Source: Narcine bancroftii
Lineage: Eukaryota
DNA: 64,000 nt
Direction: 5' to 3'
Assembly: GCF_036971445.1 (NCBI RefSeq)
Contig: NC_091473.1
Location: 216,194,001-216,258,000 of the forward strand
The first letter of the stretch is position 1; each line of letters opens with the position of its first letter. Positions 53,105 through 64,000 of the stretch are shown in pieces. A model generated the notes under the pieces. That model ran no database searches and was not told the origin of the DNA. It saw only the letters and a program-made list of their open reading frames with translations. The position numbers and the translations under genes are program-made.

Positions 53105-53256
53105 ACTCAACATTTTTTCCACTCGCATACCAACTTAAATATTCCCTTAGTAACCACAGAGCACCTGTGGCATCCTATGCCATAGCATAGATGCTCTGTG
53201 GTTAGTAAGGGATAATTTAAGGTGGTATGAGTTGAAAAAAAATTGAGAACTACTGA
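53105..53256. mobile_element. Palindromic MITE; a half copy lies at ~49258-49340
   Basis: ctcaacattttttccactc..cataccaacttaa...ttaaggtggtatgagttgaaaaaaaattgag inverted arms. Confidence 0.7.
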
Positions 53257-54103
53257 TCTAAATACATCTGACACAGAGAAAGATCCTGCCTCCACCAGCT
53301 CTTCCAGAAGCCAACAGTGGAGCATCTTCCAACGTAGTCCTCTTATTCATGCTGTCAACACTGTCAACCCACTACAAGAAAAAAAATTTAATGGTGCACA
53401 TTGGGAGCGAATGATGTGTCACCGAGTGCCATGCACTACTGGGTGCAGTGATCATTGGATGTCGTGAACTTTGGGAAGTTGGTATGCTAACAGTTTGGCC
53501 CAACTAGTCAATGCAATATGGTCTTTTGGGCTAATGCCATTTTCCTGCACTTGATCCATATCCCTCCAAGGCACAAATGAATGAGAAATTAATACTTTAA
53601 GTGTTACTTGTTTGTATGTATCATGTCTTGGTCAGGCAGTTCTTGTTTTTGTCACTGAGCGTTGTTATAGAGTGAAATGATGCATTTATATTTTAACTTC
53701 AATATTTGATTAGCAATTTTGAAAGCATGATTTATTTTTTTTAAAATACATGCCAAATAAATTTTAATACAGATTTACTTCTGACTGATTTTTTTTTGGG
53801 GGGAGGGATGCTTTGAAAGGATTTAATTCTGAAAAGCTTTATTTGGGGAGGGGTGGTTCAAATGTGTAGAAGGTTGAGAGGGGATTTGATGGAGGTATTT
53901 ACGATTATGAGAGGGATAGATAGAGTTGATGTGGATTGGTTTTTCCCTTGAGGGTAGGAAAGATTGAAACGAGGTCATGAGTTAAGGAGCAAAAATTTAG
54001 AAGTAACATGAGGGGGAACTTTTTTTACTCAGAGAATGAGCTTCCAGGAGAAGTAGTGATGGCAGGGTCCATTTTGTTCTTTAATGAAAAATTGGATAGG
54101 TAT

Positions 54104-54902
54104 CTATCTCGGCTGCACCATTTCATCAGATGCAAGGATCGACAACGAGATAGACAACAGACTCGCCAAGGCAAATAGCGCCTTTGGAAGACTACACAAA
54201 AGAGTCTGGAAGAACAACCAACTGAAAAACCTCACAAAGATAAGCGTATACTGAGCCGTTGTCATACCCACACTCCTGTTAGGCTCCGAATCATGGGTCC
54301 TCTACCGGCACCACCTACGGCTCCTAGAACGCTTCCACCAGCGTTGTCTCCGCTCCATCCTCAACATCCATTGGAGCGCTTTCATCCCTAACGTCGAAGT
54401 ACTCGAGATGGCAGAGGTCGACAGCATCGAGTCCACGCTGCTGAAGATCCAGCTGCGCTGGGTGGGTCACGTCTCCAGAATGGAGGACCATCGCCTTCCC
54501 AAGATCGTGTTATATGGCGAGCTCTCCACTGGCCACCGTGACAGAGGTGCACCAAAGAAAAGGTACAAGGACTGCCTAAAGAAATCTCTTGGTGCCTGCC
54601 ACATTGACCACCGCCAGTGGGCTGATAACGCCTCAAACCGTGCATCTTGGCGCCTCACAGTTTGGCGGGCAGCAACCTCCTTTGAAGAAGACCGCAGAGC
54701 CCACCTCACTGACAAAAGGCAAAGGAGGAAAAACCCAACACCCAACCCCAACCAACCAATTTTCCCCTGCAACCGCTGCAACCGTGTCTGTCTGTCCCGC
54801 ATCGGACTTGTCAGCCACAAACGAGCCTGCAGCTGACGTGGACTTTTTACCCCCTCCATAAATCTTCGTCCGCGAAGTCAAGCCAAAGAGAAAGAGAGAG
54901 AA
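54104..54902 (+). mobile_element. RTE LINE 3' fragment inserted into a CR1 fragment (~53860-55040)
   Basis: TSD ggataggtat at 54094-54103 and 54903-54912. Confidence 0.93.
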
Positions 54903-55251
54903 GGATAGGTATATGGATGGGAGAGGAATGGAGGGTTATGGGCAGAGTTCAGGTAGGTGGGACTAGAGGAGAGTACTTGGTTCAGTGTGGACTAGAAGGG
55001 CCAAAATGGCCTGTTTCCATGCTGTATATGTTATATGGTTATAAATGTTGTTCTCTCTTTCTGGGATGTGACAGGTCATCCCTACTTTGCTGTGTGTCAT
55101 TGATGTACGCTGGCGATTTCATTATAAATAGCCAAAGTGAGGAAATGGTGAAATTTGGCAAAATAAGAACGTTTTTAAAAGCTTGGATGATTGACAATTC
55201 GTCTTGTTTACACAGAACATTTACCCTCTTGTATAGAAATGAACAGGAGTG

Positions 55252-55469
55252 TGAAGTGCCAGTTGATGAAGTAAACAAAGACAATGTAGTCAAACAATAA
55301 TCATGGCTTTTATTAGCAGAAACTCATGGTACAATAATGAAAGACAATAGATGTATATACAGTTATATCCAAGGGGAGTGTCCTTAATAGTAGAGAGAAT
55401 GCACAGCCAATGTTAGTACAGCAAGGCTCACCAGAGGGGAGACAGGCAGCTTGGCAGACATTCACCACA
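55252..55469 (-). mobile_element. Solo LTR (218 bp)
   Basis: TG...CA termini, 5-bp TSD gagtg (55247-55251 and 55470-55474), minus-strand AATAAA near 55310. Confidence 0.75.
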
Positions 55470-57961
55470 GAGTGTTTCAGCAATCTAATTACTCATGGCA
55501 CCGGATTTTGTGTGTGTGATTTCAATGTTGGTTCCTGACTGAGTCAAAACCAACTCAGCAAGACAGGCATCTCCAGCAGACAAGGGTAGACTAATGAATT
55601 TTAAACCTTGAATTCCATTTACAAGTTTGAATTGTTTATTTGCTAAACCAGTCACGTGTGCGTTTATATTTATTTGCGATGCATTATTGAATGATGTTTT
55701 ATTTGGGTGTGTGCATGTGCTTTAACTGCATTACTCTACAGGCATGTGCATTTCCCTGGCGCTGGCACAGGCAGAGTGGTTCCACCTGTGTGGGGGATTA
55801 TGGGTAATGAAGACTGCCATTGATCCTGCATTGAGCCACCTTTCTGAGTGGCCCTGCTGTTTACTTATTTCATTGAAAGCCACGTTATTGCAATTTAAAA
55901 TACTTTTAATATTGTGACTTAGTTCCCTTTGGCATCGTTGAAGTAACATTTCTATTGTTGTTTGATGGATCCCCTTAACTTCTGGGCCTCTAGGGTTTAG
56001 CCTACTCAGCCTAATGGTTAATCCTCCATTGCCTTGGTGTAGCAGTGATCAAATGTGCTTGGATCTCTGGTACAGCAGGTAACATTCTGGTGGTAGATGG
56101 GCAGGGTTTTCTTGACCGGCCTGGTTAAAGTCGTTGACTAAGATTTGTAGTGCATTGGGCTGGGCTGTCTCTTGTTTACTGACCAATCAGGGCCATTGTG
56201 ATGATGTAATGGGGGTATTATACTGACTGCTTGCTATTGGCTATGGCTATACCCTACTGGTATAACAGATGCTTTCCCACTGGCCAGTTTAGTGGTGGTT
56301 TTAATCTGTTAATAAAAGCCCTGTATTAGTATCACACTTGTCTGGTCCATGGCTATGGCATATCAATTTTATTAACAGACTCTCAATCATGGGATACTTC
56401 CCTGAAACCTGGAAGACTTGAGATAGATCAAGATGCCACCCGATCTGGAGAAATTTTTCATCACTGGCTCCAGTGTTTTGAAGCCTATATGTGAGTGAAC
56501 AATGTTGTGCAAGATGCAGCAAAAATGGACCACCTTGTGGCTCTCCTTGGAGAGGTACCCTATTCCATGGTTAGGGAGACAGCTGTCTACCAGAATGCAC
56601 TGAATCTGCTCAGAACCTACTGTGATCTGCCACAAAACACCTTGTTCAAAAGACATCAGCTTCACACTCGAAAACAACAGCTAGAGAGCGAAGATGCTTT
56701 TCCGCTCGCGCTAAAAGGGCTATCCAGAGCCTGTGCTTGCGCTGCTGTCACAGCCAAAGCCCACCGAGAATCTTTGATGCTGGACACATGCATAAGCGGA
56801 TTGGAGTCGGGGTACATCAGGTAATGTTTACTGGAGACACCGGGCCTGACCTTTAATGCTGCTCTACAACAAGCAAAGATCCTTAACTCTGCACTATTAA
56901 ATGCTAAAGGCATCGAGAAAGAAGTGCTAAAGCGGCACACCCAAGACCCGCCTGCAGCGACGATCCACTGCCGAGCACCACTAAGTCGCAGCATAAAAGA
57001 CATTACAGAAGATGCTACTTCTGTGGTTTGGAGTTGCACGTTCGCTCTCAGTGCCCGCTCAGCAAACCAATTGTGCCAACGACGGAAAGCGAGGGCATTG
57101 GGCCAGAGCCTGGCAGGTGCAAGAGTCCTCACCTAGACCACAACGTGAGTTGAAGAGTAAGCAACAGCGCTCAAGTGTTACTAATAAGCAGGGACGCCAC
57201 CACAACACTGCTACGTTGACCTGGAGAGCCAACGATTCATCTAGCTCTTCTCCCTTCTCCTTCTGCTGAAGTCGTAAGTGGAACTGCCAGCGACGAGGCA
57301 AACTCCGACAGATCTCCGCCGTCCATGACGATTAATCAAGATGGACCACACGACCCGAAGCATTCCACGATGAAGGTGGAGGTAAACAGGGAGCCTATTG
57401 ACTGTTTATTCGATTCAGGCAGTACTGACAGCTATAGACACCCTATGACCACGAGCGCCCTGAACCTTACCTTGTATCTGTCAAAGCACAGAATTTCCAT
57501 GGCTTGTTCTGGATTAAAACGAGACATTACAAGTTGTTGTAAAATAACCCTGACGGTCCAGGGAAATGGATACAAAGATTTCAAATTGCACGTGCTCCCC
57601 AGCCTGTGCGCTCCGATGCTTTTAGGATTAGATTTCCAACGCCAAATTAAAAATATCATATTGACATTTAATGGCCCATTACCATCGATCACAGTACCCC
57701 AAGAGGCTGTTTGCAGGTTATCAACTCTAAAGATTAAACCTCCATGCCTTTTTACCAATCTAACCCCAGATTGTAAGCCCATAGTTACAAAGAGTAGGCA
57801 TTATAGCAAAGAGGACAGGCTCTTTATTAAGGAACAAGGTTAGACGTTTGCTGAAAGAAAGAAAATCAAACCCAGTCCAAGTCCTTGGCGCACACAAGTT
57901 GTGGTCGTCAAAAAATGGCGCAAAACCTGGATGGTAGTGGACTACAACCAAACTATAAATA

Positions 57962-58518
57962 TGTTTTTTTTGAAACTTTATTTAAAATTTTATAACATGA
58001 ATAACATATAGGATTACATTAAAAAAAATTAAGAATAAAATAATAAAAATTACAATACAGTATCCGTAATCTAAATAAACTATACCCTCCCCAATAATTA
58101 TTACACATTAATAACCCAACTCAAATTAGTCCAACCCTCCCTTTCCCCCCCCAAAATAAAGAGTGAAGAATTAATAAAGTTAATAATATGTGAGAAAAAA
58201 AACCCACTTACTAAAAAAAACAACAAAAACATAACCGATTAAAATACTAACAAAAAGAAAAGTCATTAATACTAAAATATCAGACTTAAAAAAACATATT
58301 TAAATCAAACTTAAATGCATATATTTCACAAACGGGGTCAATTAATATAAAAAATTAGTAAAGTTAGTAACATTATCTATCAAAAATTCTTAAACAATAA
58401 TCAATTCTTAAAAAAAAATTGTAGCATAAAAAAAATGAAAAAAAAACTCTCTATAGAGATAAACATTCACCAAATATCAACTAACTTCACATCTATCATC
58501 AAATTAGTCACATAAACC
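57962..58518 (-). mobile_element. 5'-truncated LINE (L1-like) 3' end inserted in the Gypsy RT
   Basis: T-tract and tttatt at the left end; TSD aactataaata at 57951-57961 and 58519-58529. Confidence 0.75.
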
Positions 58519-58946
58519 AACTATAAATAGGTTTACGCAACTAGATGTTTATTCCCTGCCTCGTATCTCAGACATGGTAAACCAGATTGCACAATACAAA
58601 ATATATTCCACAATCAATCTGAAACAAGCTCATCATCAGAAAAATTATTATCAGGAAGCGGTAAAACTGCTTTTCACCATTCACAGAGATGAAAGGCAGT
58701 TTACCATTTTTGAGGCAGATGGCAAACTCTTTCCAGTTTAAAAGAGTCCCTTTTGGAGTTACCAAAAGTAGACGGTCATAACTTGCAAGCCACCTACCCT
58801 TATCTGGACAATGTCACTATATGTGAAAAGGACTCAAGTTATCACGATCGGAACTTACAAAACTTTCTCCAGGAGACCAAGCATCTGCACTTAACCCTTA
58901 GCAAGTGTGTATACCGCACTAAATGCCTGGCTATACTAGGCTATGT

Positions 58947-60493
58947 TTCTTCTTTGGCTTGGCTTCGCGGACGAAGATTTATGGAGGGGGTAAAAAGTCC
59001 ACGTCAGCTGCAGGCTCATTTGTGGCTGACAAGTCCAATGCGGGACAGGCAGACACGGTTGCAGCGGCTGCAGGGGAAAATTGGTTGGTTGGGGTTGGGT
59101 GTTGGGTTTTTCCTCCTTTGCCTTTTGTCAGTGAGGTGGGCTCTGCGGTCTTCTTCAAAGGAGGTTGCTGCCCGCCAAACTGTGAGGCGCCAAGATGCAC
59201 GGTTTGAGGCGTTATCAGCCCACTGGCGGTGGTCAATGTGGCAGGCACCAAGAGATTTCTTTAGGCAGTCCTTGTACCTTTTCTTTGGTGCACCTCTGTC
59301 ACGGTGGCCAGTGGAGAGCTCGCCATATAACACGATCTTGGGAAGGCGATGGTCCTCCATTCTGGAGACGTGACCCACCCAGCGCAGCTGGATCTTCAGC
59401 AGCGTGGACTCGATGCTGTCGACCTCTGCCATCTCGAGTACTTCGACGTTAGGGATGTAAGCGCTCCAATGGATGTTGAGGATGGAGCGGAGACAACGCT
59501 GCTGGAAGCGTTCTAGGTGCCGTAGGTGGTGCCGGTAGAGGACCCATGATTCGGAGCCGAACAGGAGTGTGGGTATGACAACGGCTCTGTATACGCTTAT
59601 CTTTGTGAAGTTTTTCAGTTGGTTGTTTTTCCAGACTCTTTTGTGTAGTCTTCCAAAGGCGCTATTTGCCTTGGCGAGTCTGTTGTCTATCTCATTGTCG
59701 ATCCTTGCATCTGATGAAATGGTGCAGCCGAGATAGGTAAACTGGTTGACCGTTTTGAGTTTTGTGTGCCCGATGGAGATGTGGGTGGGCTGGTAGTCAT
59801 GGTGGGGAGCTGGCTGATGGAGGACCTCAGTTTTCTTCAGGCTGACTTCCAGGCCAAACATTTTGGCAGTTTCCGCAAAGCAGGACGTCAAGCGCTGAAG
59901 AGCTGGCTCTGAATGGGCAACTAAAGCGGCATCGTCTGCAAAGAGTAGTTCACGGACAAGTTTTTCTTGTGTCTTGGTGTGAGCTTGCAGGCGCCTCAGA
60001 TTGAAGAGACTGCCATCCGTGCGGTACCGGATGTAAACAGCGTCTTCATTGTTGGGGTCTTTCATGGCTTGGTTCAGCATCATGCTGAAGAAGATTGAAA
60101 AGATCGTGTTATATGGCGAGCTCTCCACTGGCCACCGTGACAGAGGTGCACCAAAGAAAAGGTACAAGGACTGCCTAAAGAAATCTCTTGGTGCCTGCCA
60201 CACTGACCACCGCCAGTGGGCTGATAACGCCTCAAACCGTGCATCTTGGCACCTCACAGTTTGGCGGGCAGCAACCTCCTTTGAAGAAGACCGCAGAGCC
60301 CACCTCACTGACAAAAGGCAAAGGAGGAAAAACCCAACACCCAACCCCAACCAACCAATTTTCCCCTGCAACCACTGCAATCGTGTCTGCCTGTCCCACA
60401 TCGGACTTGTCAGCCACAAACGAGCCTGCAGCTGACGTGGACTTTTTACCCCCTCCATAAATCTTCGTCCGCGAAGCCAAGCCAAAGAGAGAA
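58947..60493. mobile_element. Head-to-head fused pair of RTE LINE fragments (minus 58947-60103, plus 60100-60493)
   Basis: Both outer ends are RTE 3' tails; FADD RT motif in the left copy; junction microhomology aaga. Confidence 0.92.
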
Positions 60494-63400
60494 GACATGT
60501 TCAACACTAAGTTGAGGAGCAAGATCAAAAATGATAAGATCATGCACTGGCGAATTGAGCTTTCTACTGATGATTATGATGTACTCTATCGCCCGGGAAA
60601 ATTCAATGACCTTCTGGACGTGCTTTCTCACATGACCTGTGCAAGACTGCAGCTAGACTGTTTGAAATACCTTCACGATGAATTATGTCACCCAGAGGTC
60701 ACTATATTTTATCATTATGTGGAGTCCCTCAATTTGCCGTACTTACTAGAAGACATCAAGGAACTAACTAACGAGTGTCCTGTCTGCGGAGTGTAAATCA
60801 CCCTATTATAAACCTTCCGCTTCCACATTGATTAAGGCGCCAAGACCATTTAAACACCTCAGTGTGGATTTTAAATGACCACTACCCTCAAATAATAAGA
60901 ATTCCCATTTCCTTAACATTATTGATGAATTTTTCTCATTTCCCCTTCGCTGATGTTTCTGCTAGTTCTGTTATTAAATGTCGTGATATGATTTTTGGTT
61001 ATCCTAACCATTCATAGTGACAGAGGGTCAGCTTTTGTGAGTTCTGAATACCTTCTTGATAGGGGTATAGCTACCAGTCAAACTACAAGCTATAACCTAC
61101 AGGGTAATGGTCAAGTGGAGCGCAGTAATGGTACAATCTGGAAAGCTATCATTCTAGCGCTAAAATCACAATGCCAGAAGCATTAAACTCTTTCGTACAT
61201 GGCTTTGTCCAGCTACCAATGAGACCCCTCTCCAACATCTTTTTGTTTTCCCTAGAAAATCGAAACCTGGATCAACTTTGCCGACTTGGCTACCTAGGCC
61301 CGGAGAGGTTTCATTAAGAAAACATGTTAAACCCAGCAAAACTGACCAGCTCGTAGAGCACGTTCAACTGCTTCATGCTAATGTGCAGTATGCTCATGTT
61401 ATTTTTCCTGATGGAAGAAAGGACATCATTTTCCTGCTAAGCCCTTCCACTGACCTGACTCCTCCTCTACCGTCCCTGTCATGAGAAACACTTGAGGAAC
61501 AACACTCCCTTCATGGGAATGTTTCCTCGCACTCTCCACTCCCTTCCACACCTGGCGACATGAAGCTCAAAGCCTCCACAGTCCTAGTCCTAGCCATGAT
61601 TACAGTAAGTAGTCACTCTATTATCTCAGGCTCGCAGCTTGTTTTTTTTTTGCTATGTATTCTCATTAATTCTGTTTGTAACCCTTGATGATCTGTAATT
61701 TTTTTTTGTTGATTTACCATTATTGTATTTTATTAAAATTGGTCAATTTTTTTGGAAGGTGGGTGAATGTGATGATGTAATGGGGGGCATATTATTCTGA
61801 CTGCTTGCTATTGGCTATGCCTGTAGAGATACTCCACCCTACTGGTATAATAGATGGAGATGCTTTCCCACTGGCCAGTTTAGTCTGTTGATAAAAGCCC
61901 TGTATTAGTATAACACTTGTCTGGTCCATGTCTATGGCATAGCACCCATTTGTAATTGGCGTCGGGAAGGATATAAACTCTGGTGAGAATCACTGATGAG
62001 AACTCTCAATGGTCTGAATTTAATCAAGATTTGCTCTAAGGCAGTGGAGCAGGACATCTAAATACGAAGTGGACAAAGGGGTATCTATCAGATACAGGCA
62101 GCAGAGTTTTACTTTAATTTGGGCATCGCGGTTAGCATAGACACGTGATCCTGAAGGGCCTGTTCCTGCACTGTACTGCTTTATTTGTGTCCCCTGTGTC
62201 CAGCCTCTCCTATTAATTTGAGCCCTTGAGTCCTGCAAACGTGCTTATGAAACCTTTCTGTAACCGAGCTTAAGGCCAACTTTTCTACTTACAACAGTGT
62301 GGTGTAAGCGACATCCTGTACAGTTGTAACATGACCAACGAAGACAAATGTATCAAATGGCTTCTTCACCCTCTAACCAACCACCCTCCGCCCCCCCCCC
62401 CCCACCACAAGTCTACTGGTTCTATAACGGATTCCAGGGCAGTACCTGTATGTTCATTATGCAAGCTCTGCCCTGTTTAGCCTCTGACTTGTCCAAATTA
62501 AATCTTATCATTCCTTTGCCCATCCTCCCAACTCATATCCATCAGCTTAAAAAACTTCAAAAGGGAAGTGAGAGAGTTAAAACAGGAAGCAGTAGACCGT
62601 TTTGTTTAAGATCTGCTGCATGAGACATTCAAAAGCTATTTGCAGTACACTTTTTAGAAAAGATCAAGCAAAGTCATCATGATTTCATGAAAGGGAAGTG
62701 ATGCTCTTACTTACTGGAGTTCTCAGAAGAACTTGGACGACGGACAAAGGGAAATGTTGACACGTTCAAAGAAGCAACAGCATGGAAACAGGGCCCACCA
62801 TATCCACGCTGAACCACTCCGCACTAATCTCAACACACACAGTCCTGGAGAAACTCAGCAGGACATCCAGCATCCATAGGAAGTTAAGGGCAATCAAAGT
62901 TTCGGGACTGAGCCTTTTGTCAGGAATCTGGAAAAATAGGTAGATGCCAGGATAAAAAAAAAGGGGGGTGGAGTGGGGCAAGGCCAAAAGGAGAGAAAGC
63001 ACAGGCTACAGGTTAGAGGTAATACATGGGTGGATAGAGGTGTGAGGGTAGAAGGAAGCTGAGATGATTGGAGGAGAGGGCTAAGATGGGTAGCTCTCTG
63101 AAAGAAGGAAGGATGGGGGCTGATGGAAAAGGAGGTAGGTGGAGCCTTACCAGTGCAGCAGAACCTCCCTGCTCAAAGTCAAACCCTCTTGCACTGAAGG
63201 ACATTCCAAATTGCCCTCATGATGACCTGTTGCACCGACAAACCAATCTTTTGTGATTCAAGCACGAGCACGCCCAAGTTCCTCTGCACAACAGCAGGCT
63301 GCAATGTTTCACTATTTAAATAAGCTGGTCTACTTGTTATTTTTTTGAATAAATTAACATCAATAAAGTGGTTGGCCAAAATGGTGGCTCTGCTTGTTGC

Positions 63401-64000
63401 AGCAGGCAGAGCAAAGGTGAAAGACCCCATTGTTTTCTCAACCCAGTCCCCCATCCCATCTATATTCACCTATCACCTGCCAGCCCCCGCCAATATTATA
63501 TTTGGGTTCTGGCAGCTCCTTGCTAGTCCTGAGGAAGGATTATGGCCAGAGAGGTTGACTGTCTCTTACCTTAACAGATGCTGGCTGACCTGCCGCAGCC
63601 CTCCAGCACTTTGTGTGCAGCTCCATTGTGTTGACCACAACAGATTGCAATAAGGTAGTGAAAACAGTTTGAAAAGGAAAACATTGAACTGACTAGAACA
63701 CAAGTTGAAATTGTCGTGAATTGTGGCAGCACTTCAGAAATGACCTCCCTGGTCTTGTGTCCTGTGCCCTCTTAATCAAAAGCCTGGGTCCCAGGTGCCT
63801 CCTTCGCCATCTGACCTCATGCTGCCACCTTCAGGAAATTCGGACACATACTCAAGTCTGTCAGCTTCTCAACGCTCCCGAGAGACCTACCATTTATTTG
63901 TTCACATTTATTTAGCCTCCAAAACATGTGTAGGCTCACACTTGCCAGAATTCAATTCCATGTGCTATTAATCTGTCCATCCTACCAACTGCTCATATTT

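Larger units (their letters stand above)
56197..61944 (+). mobile_element. Decayed Ty3/Gypsy LTR retrotransposon with both LTRs (56197-56365 and 61768-61944)
   Basis: TG..CA LTRs, PPT at 61754-61767, near-TSD gccat/cccat; gag, protease LFDSGS, RT (SPW..VVV, VVDY, YLDN), RNase H end, integrase HHCC, IHSDRG and GQVER in Gypsy order. Confidence 0.92.

Noticed and set aside
54467-54859. Antisense ORF recurring in every RTE copy
   Set aside because: The copies are near-identical, so recurrence is not independent evidence of coding
59016-60485. 489-aa ORF that looks like a novel RT fusion protein
   Set aside because: Artefact of reading antisense RTE into sense RTE across the head-to-head junction
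48404-64000. NDUFS2 coding exons 1-2
   Set aside because: No WQPD..W / MYP / PPW-encoding segment found by eye; probably beyond the window

Overview
Repeat-rich vertebrate genomic DNA. The mix of CR1, V-SINE, Rex1, Penelope and GC-rich intronic minisatellites suggests a cartilaginous fish (inference). Two spliced genes lie in tandem on the minus strand; the ORF track shows them only in fragments. (1) NDUFS2 (complex I 49-kDa subunit): 12 coding exons equivalent to human coding exons 3-14, at 48403-32956, with lengths matching the human gene as I recall it. Exons 1-2 were not found and probably lie beyond 64000. (2) About 600 bp past the NDUFS2 polyA signal starts a complete 6-exon FCER1G (FcR gamma chain, 32222-11858, 117 aa), the same gene order as in human. 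The main finding is an extra 75-nt exon in this FcR gamma that creates a second ITAM-like motif (YEQM-x7-YEEL) ahead of the canonical ITAM (YTGL-x7-YESL). This is a two-ITAM architecture between FcR gamma and CD3zeta, and alternative splicing could switch it on or off. The rest of the window is transposons and tandem repeats: a full-length L1 with TSD, five young RTE copies (one 5'-inverted, two fused head-to-head), a decayed Gypsy provirus with nested insertions, a hAT transposase fossil, and CR1/Rex1/Tx1/Penelope/V-SINE fragments. All coordinates were read by eye; boundaries of decayed repeats are approximate.
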